15,406 nucleotides of DNA, taken from NCBI GenBank assembly GCA_964458565.1, contig CAYWJO010000063.1, forward strand, positions 1-15,406, read 5' to 3'. A program made the position numbers and the translations under genes. The first letter of the stretch is position 1; every line of letters starts with the position of its first letter. The notes under the pieces are model-generated. The model was not told where the DNA came from and made no database searches. It saw nothing but the letters and a program-made list of their open reading frames with translations. This DNA comes from an uncultured archaeon (GTDB taxonomy: Archaea > Asgardarchaeota > Thorarchaeia > Thorarchaeales > Thorarchaeaceae). Of this stretch, positions 14,011-15,406 are shown piece after piece.

Positions 14011-15405
14011 CTAACCCATGGTGATTGATATCTTGTGTGTTTTGCCATCAGAGAACACTGGGAGTAGATTGGATTCGAACGACTTACCATCCACGTGAAT
14101 ATCTACAATGCCCTTTGAAACCCCGTTTGGATTAGAGATCGTGATTTCATAGATTGCGTCCCTAAACTGACGAGTCATCCTGAAACTCCTCCAAGATGTT
14201 GGCACACACGGGTCGACAAGCAATCCGTGATACTGAGGTCTAACTCCAATAATCCAATTGGTAGCCGCCTTCATCATCCATGCAGCTGTGCCGGTGAGCC
14301 ACGACTGCTTAGCTTCTCCAAATGACGGATGATCAATTCCTGCTATAGTCTGTGCATATACATAAGGTTCTGACTTCTGAATATCTGCCATTTCGTTCTT
14401 TGCAGGAGGGGCCAGTTTTCTGTAATACTCATAGGCTTGATTACCTCTTCCGAGCATACACTCGGCAACAATAGCCCACGCATTGGCATGGCTCCATATA
14501 GAGCCATTCTCCTTAAGGCCTGGAGCATAGCTGGTTAATGCACCAATATCACTATAGTACCTTGAGTACGCAGGAGCGAGAAGGGCAAGACCATGTTTCG
14601 TATCAAGATATTCCTTAACGGAATCCATACTCCTCTTTCCTCTCCCATCGACAGCAATCTCACTAAGAACTGACCATGACTGAGTGTTTAGATATATCCT
14701 CCCTTCCTCACACTTCTTGCTGCCAACTGGCTCTCCTGAGTCATCGAAAGCACGCATATACCAGCTTCCATCCCACGCAATCTTGTTTAGATGGTGCTTA
14801 GTCTTTTTTGCCAAGTCTGAATATTCTTGTGCCTCGCGACTCATTCCTGACTCGTTACTCAGCTCTGCTAATTCTAAGAGCGCCTTGTGGAAGAGCATAG
14901 CTGTGAACACGCTTTCTGCGGCATTATGCGGCCCTGGAATACTGAGCGGATCGTTCCAATCTGCGGTTCCCAGGAGTGGTAGAGAATGGTCGCCCATCTT
15001 ACTCTGGGCAAAGGAAATGGACCGCTGCATGTGTTTGTAGATGCTGGTTGCAGGCCCATCAACAAACCCAACTTCCTCACTGATGATTGAGAAATCTCCT
15101 GTTTCCTTCACATACTCAGTCACGGCAAGGATCAGCCAGAGATGGTCGTCACTGAAGAACGGCATGTCCCTTTTGACATAATATGGGAAACCTCCCTCTC
15201 CTGTTAGAGGAAAGTAGATGTGGTATACTCGGCCATTCTCAAACTGAACCTTTGCCAAGTCAATGACGCGTTGCCTGACTCTTTCTGGGAATGCATGAAC
15301 AACTCCAAGAATGTCTTGGCAGCAGTCTCTAAAGCCCATCCCTCTCCCTATTCCTGTTTCATATAATGAAACATATATCGACCAATCGAATGTCACTCGA
15401 CATTG
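14011..15405 (-). CDS. GH94 glycoside phosphorylase (cellobiose phosphorylase-like), 5'-partial (catalytic barrel and C-terminal domain only)
   Basis: Frame is open to the window edge. Motifs ETGIGRGMGFRD, FSDDHLWL, ADWND (catalytic Asp), AESVF, WDGSWYMRAFDD, KENGSIWSH, EPYVYAQ, SWLTGTAAW. Confidence 0.93.
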   Translation of the reverse strand, partial: QCRVTFDWSIYVSLYETGIGRGMGFRDCCQDILGVVHAFPERVRQRVIDLAKVQFENGRVYHIYFPLTGEGGFPYYVKRDMPFFSDDHLWLILAVTEYVKETGDFSIISEEVGFVDGPATSIYKHMQRSISFAQSKMGDHSLPLLGTADWNDPLSIPGPHNAAESVFTAMLFHKALLELAELSNESGMSREAQEYSDLAKKTKHHLNKIAWDGSWYMRAFDDSGEPVGSKKCEEGRIYLNTQSWSVLSEIAVDGRGKRSMDSVKEYLDTKHGLALLAPAYSRYYSDIGALTSYAPGLKENGSIWSHANAWAIVAECMLGRGNQAYEYYRKLAPPAKNEMADIQKSEPYVYAQTIAGIDHPSFGEAKQSWLTGTAAWMMKAATNWIIGVRPQYHGLLVDPCVPTSWRSFRMTRQFRDAIYEITISNPNGVSKGIVDIHVDGKSFESNLLPVFSDGKTHKISITMG

Positions 15406-15406
15406 T

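Noticed and set aside
231-15080. Short alternative ORFs in the track (e.g. 231-437, 1861-2124, 4114-4341, 6970-7284, 11385-11753, 12381-12731, 14684-15040)
   Set aside because: They overlap well-supported genes on the opposite strand or in another frame and show no recognisable motifs, so they are treated as shadow ORFs.
1-15406. CRISPR arrays, tRNA/rRNA, transposases, integrases, defence genes
   Set aside because: No regularly spaced repeats, cloverleaf patterns or corresponding protein motifs were seen by eye.

Overview
Archaeal-type window with TATA-like boxes about 25-30 nt upstream of start codons and a C-terminally TM-anchored, sequon-rich solute-binding protein without a lipobox. The gene content suggests an Asgard archaeon such as Thorarchaeia (inference, no marker gene present). 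Left third (1-5400, AT-richer): a 5'-partial GT-C-fold membrane glycosyltransferase with an extra extracellular domain, an ankyrin-repeat protein, an unlisted TPR-like mini-ORF, two hypothetical proteins, an iron-sulfur flavoprotein and a truncated secreted beta-propeller gene. Right two-thirds (5400-15406, GC-richer): a putative beta-glycoside utilisation locus. A GH116 (GBA2-like) beta-glucosidase converges on a minus-strand cluster of GH94 phosphorylase (5'-partial), Opp/Dpp-family permeases, two ATPases and an oligosaccharide-type binding protein. The most notable details are a GH94 with Ile at the usual phosphate-binding Arg position, the GT-C fusion, and several intergenic hairpins and palindromes. 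No rRNA, tRNA, CRISPR or transposase was recognised. All family assignments come from motifs recalled from memory, not from database searches.
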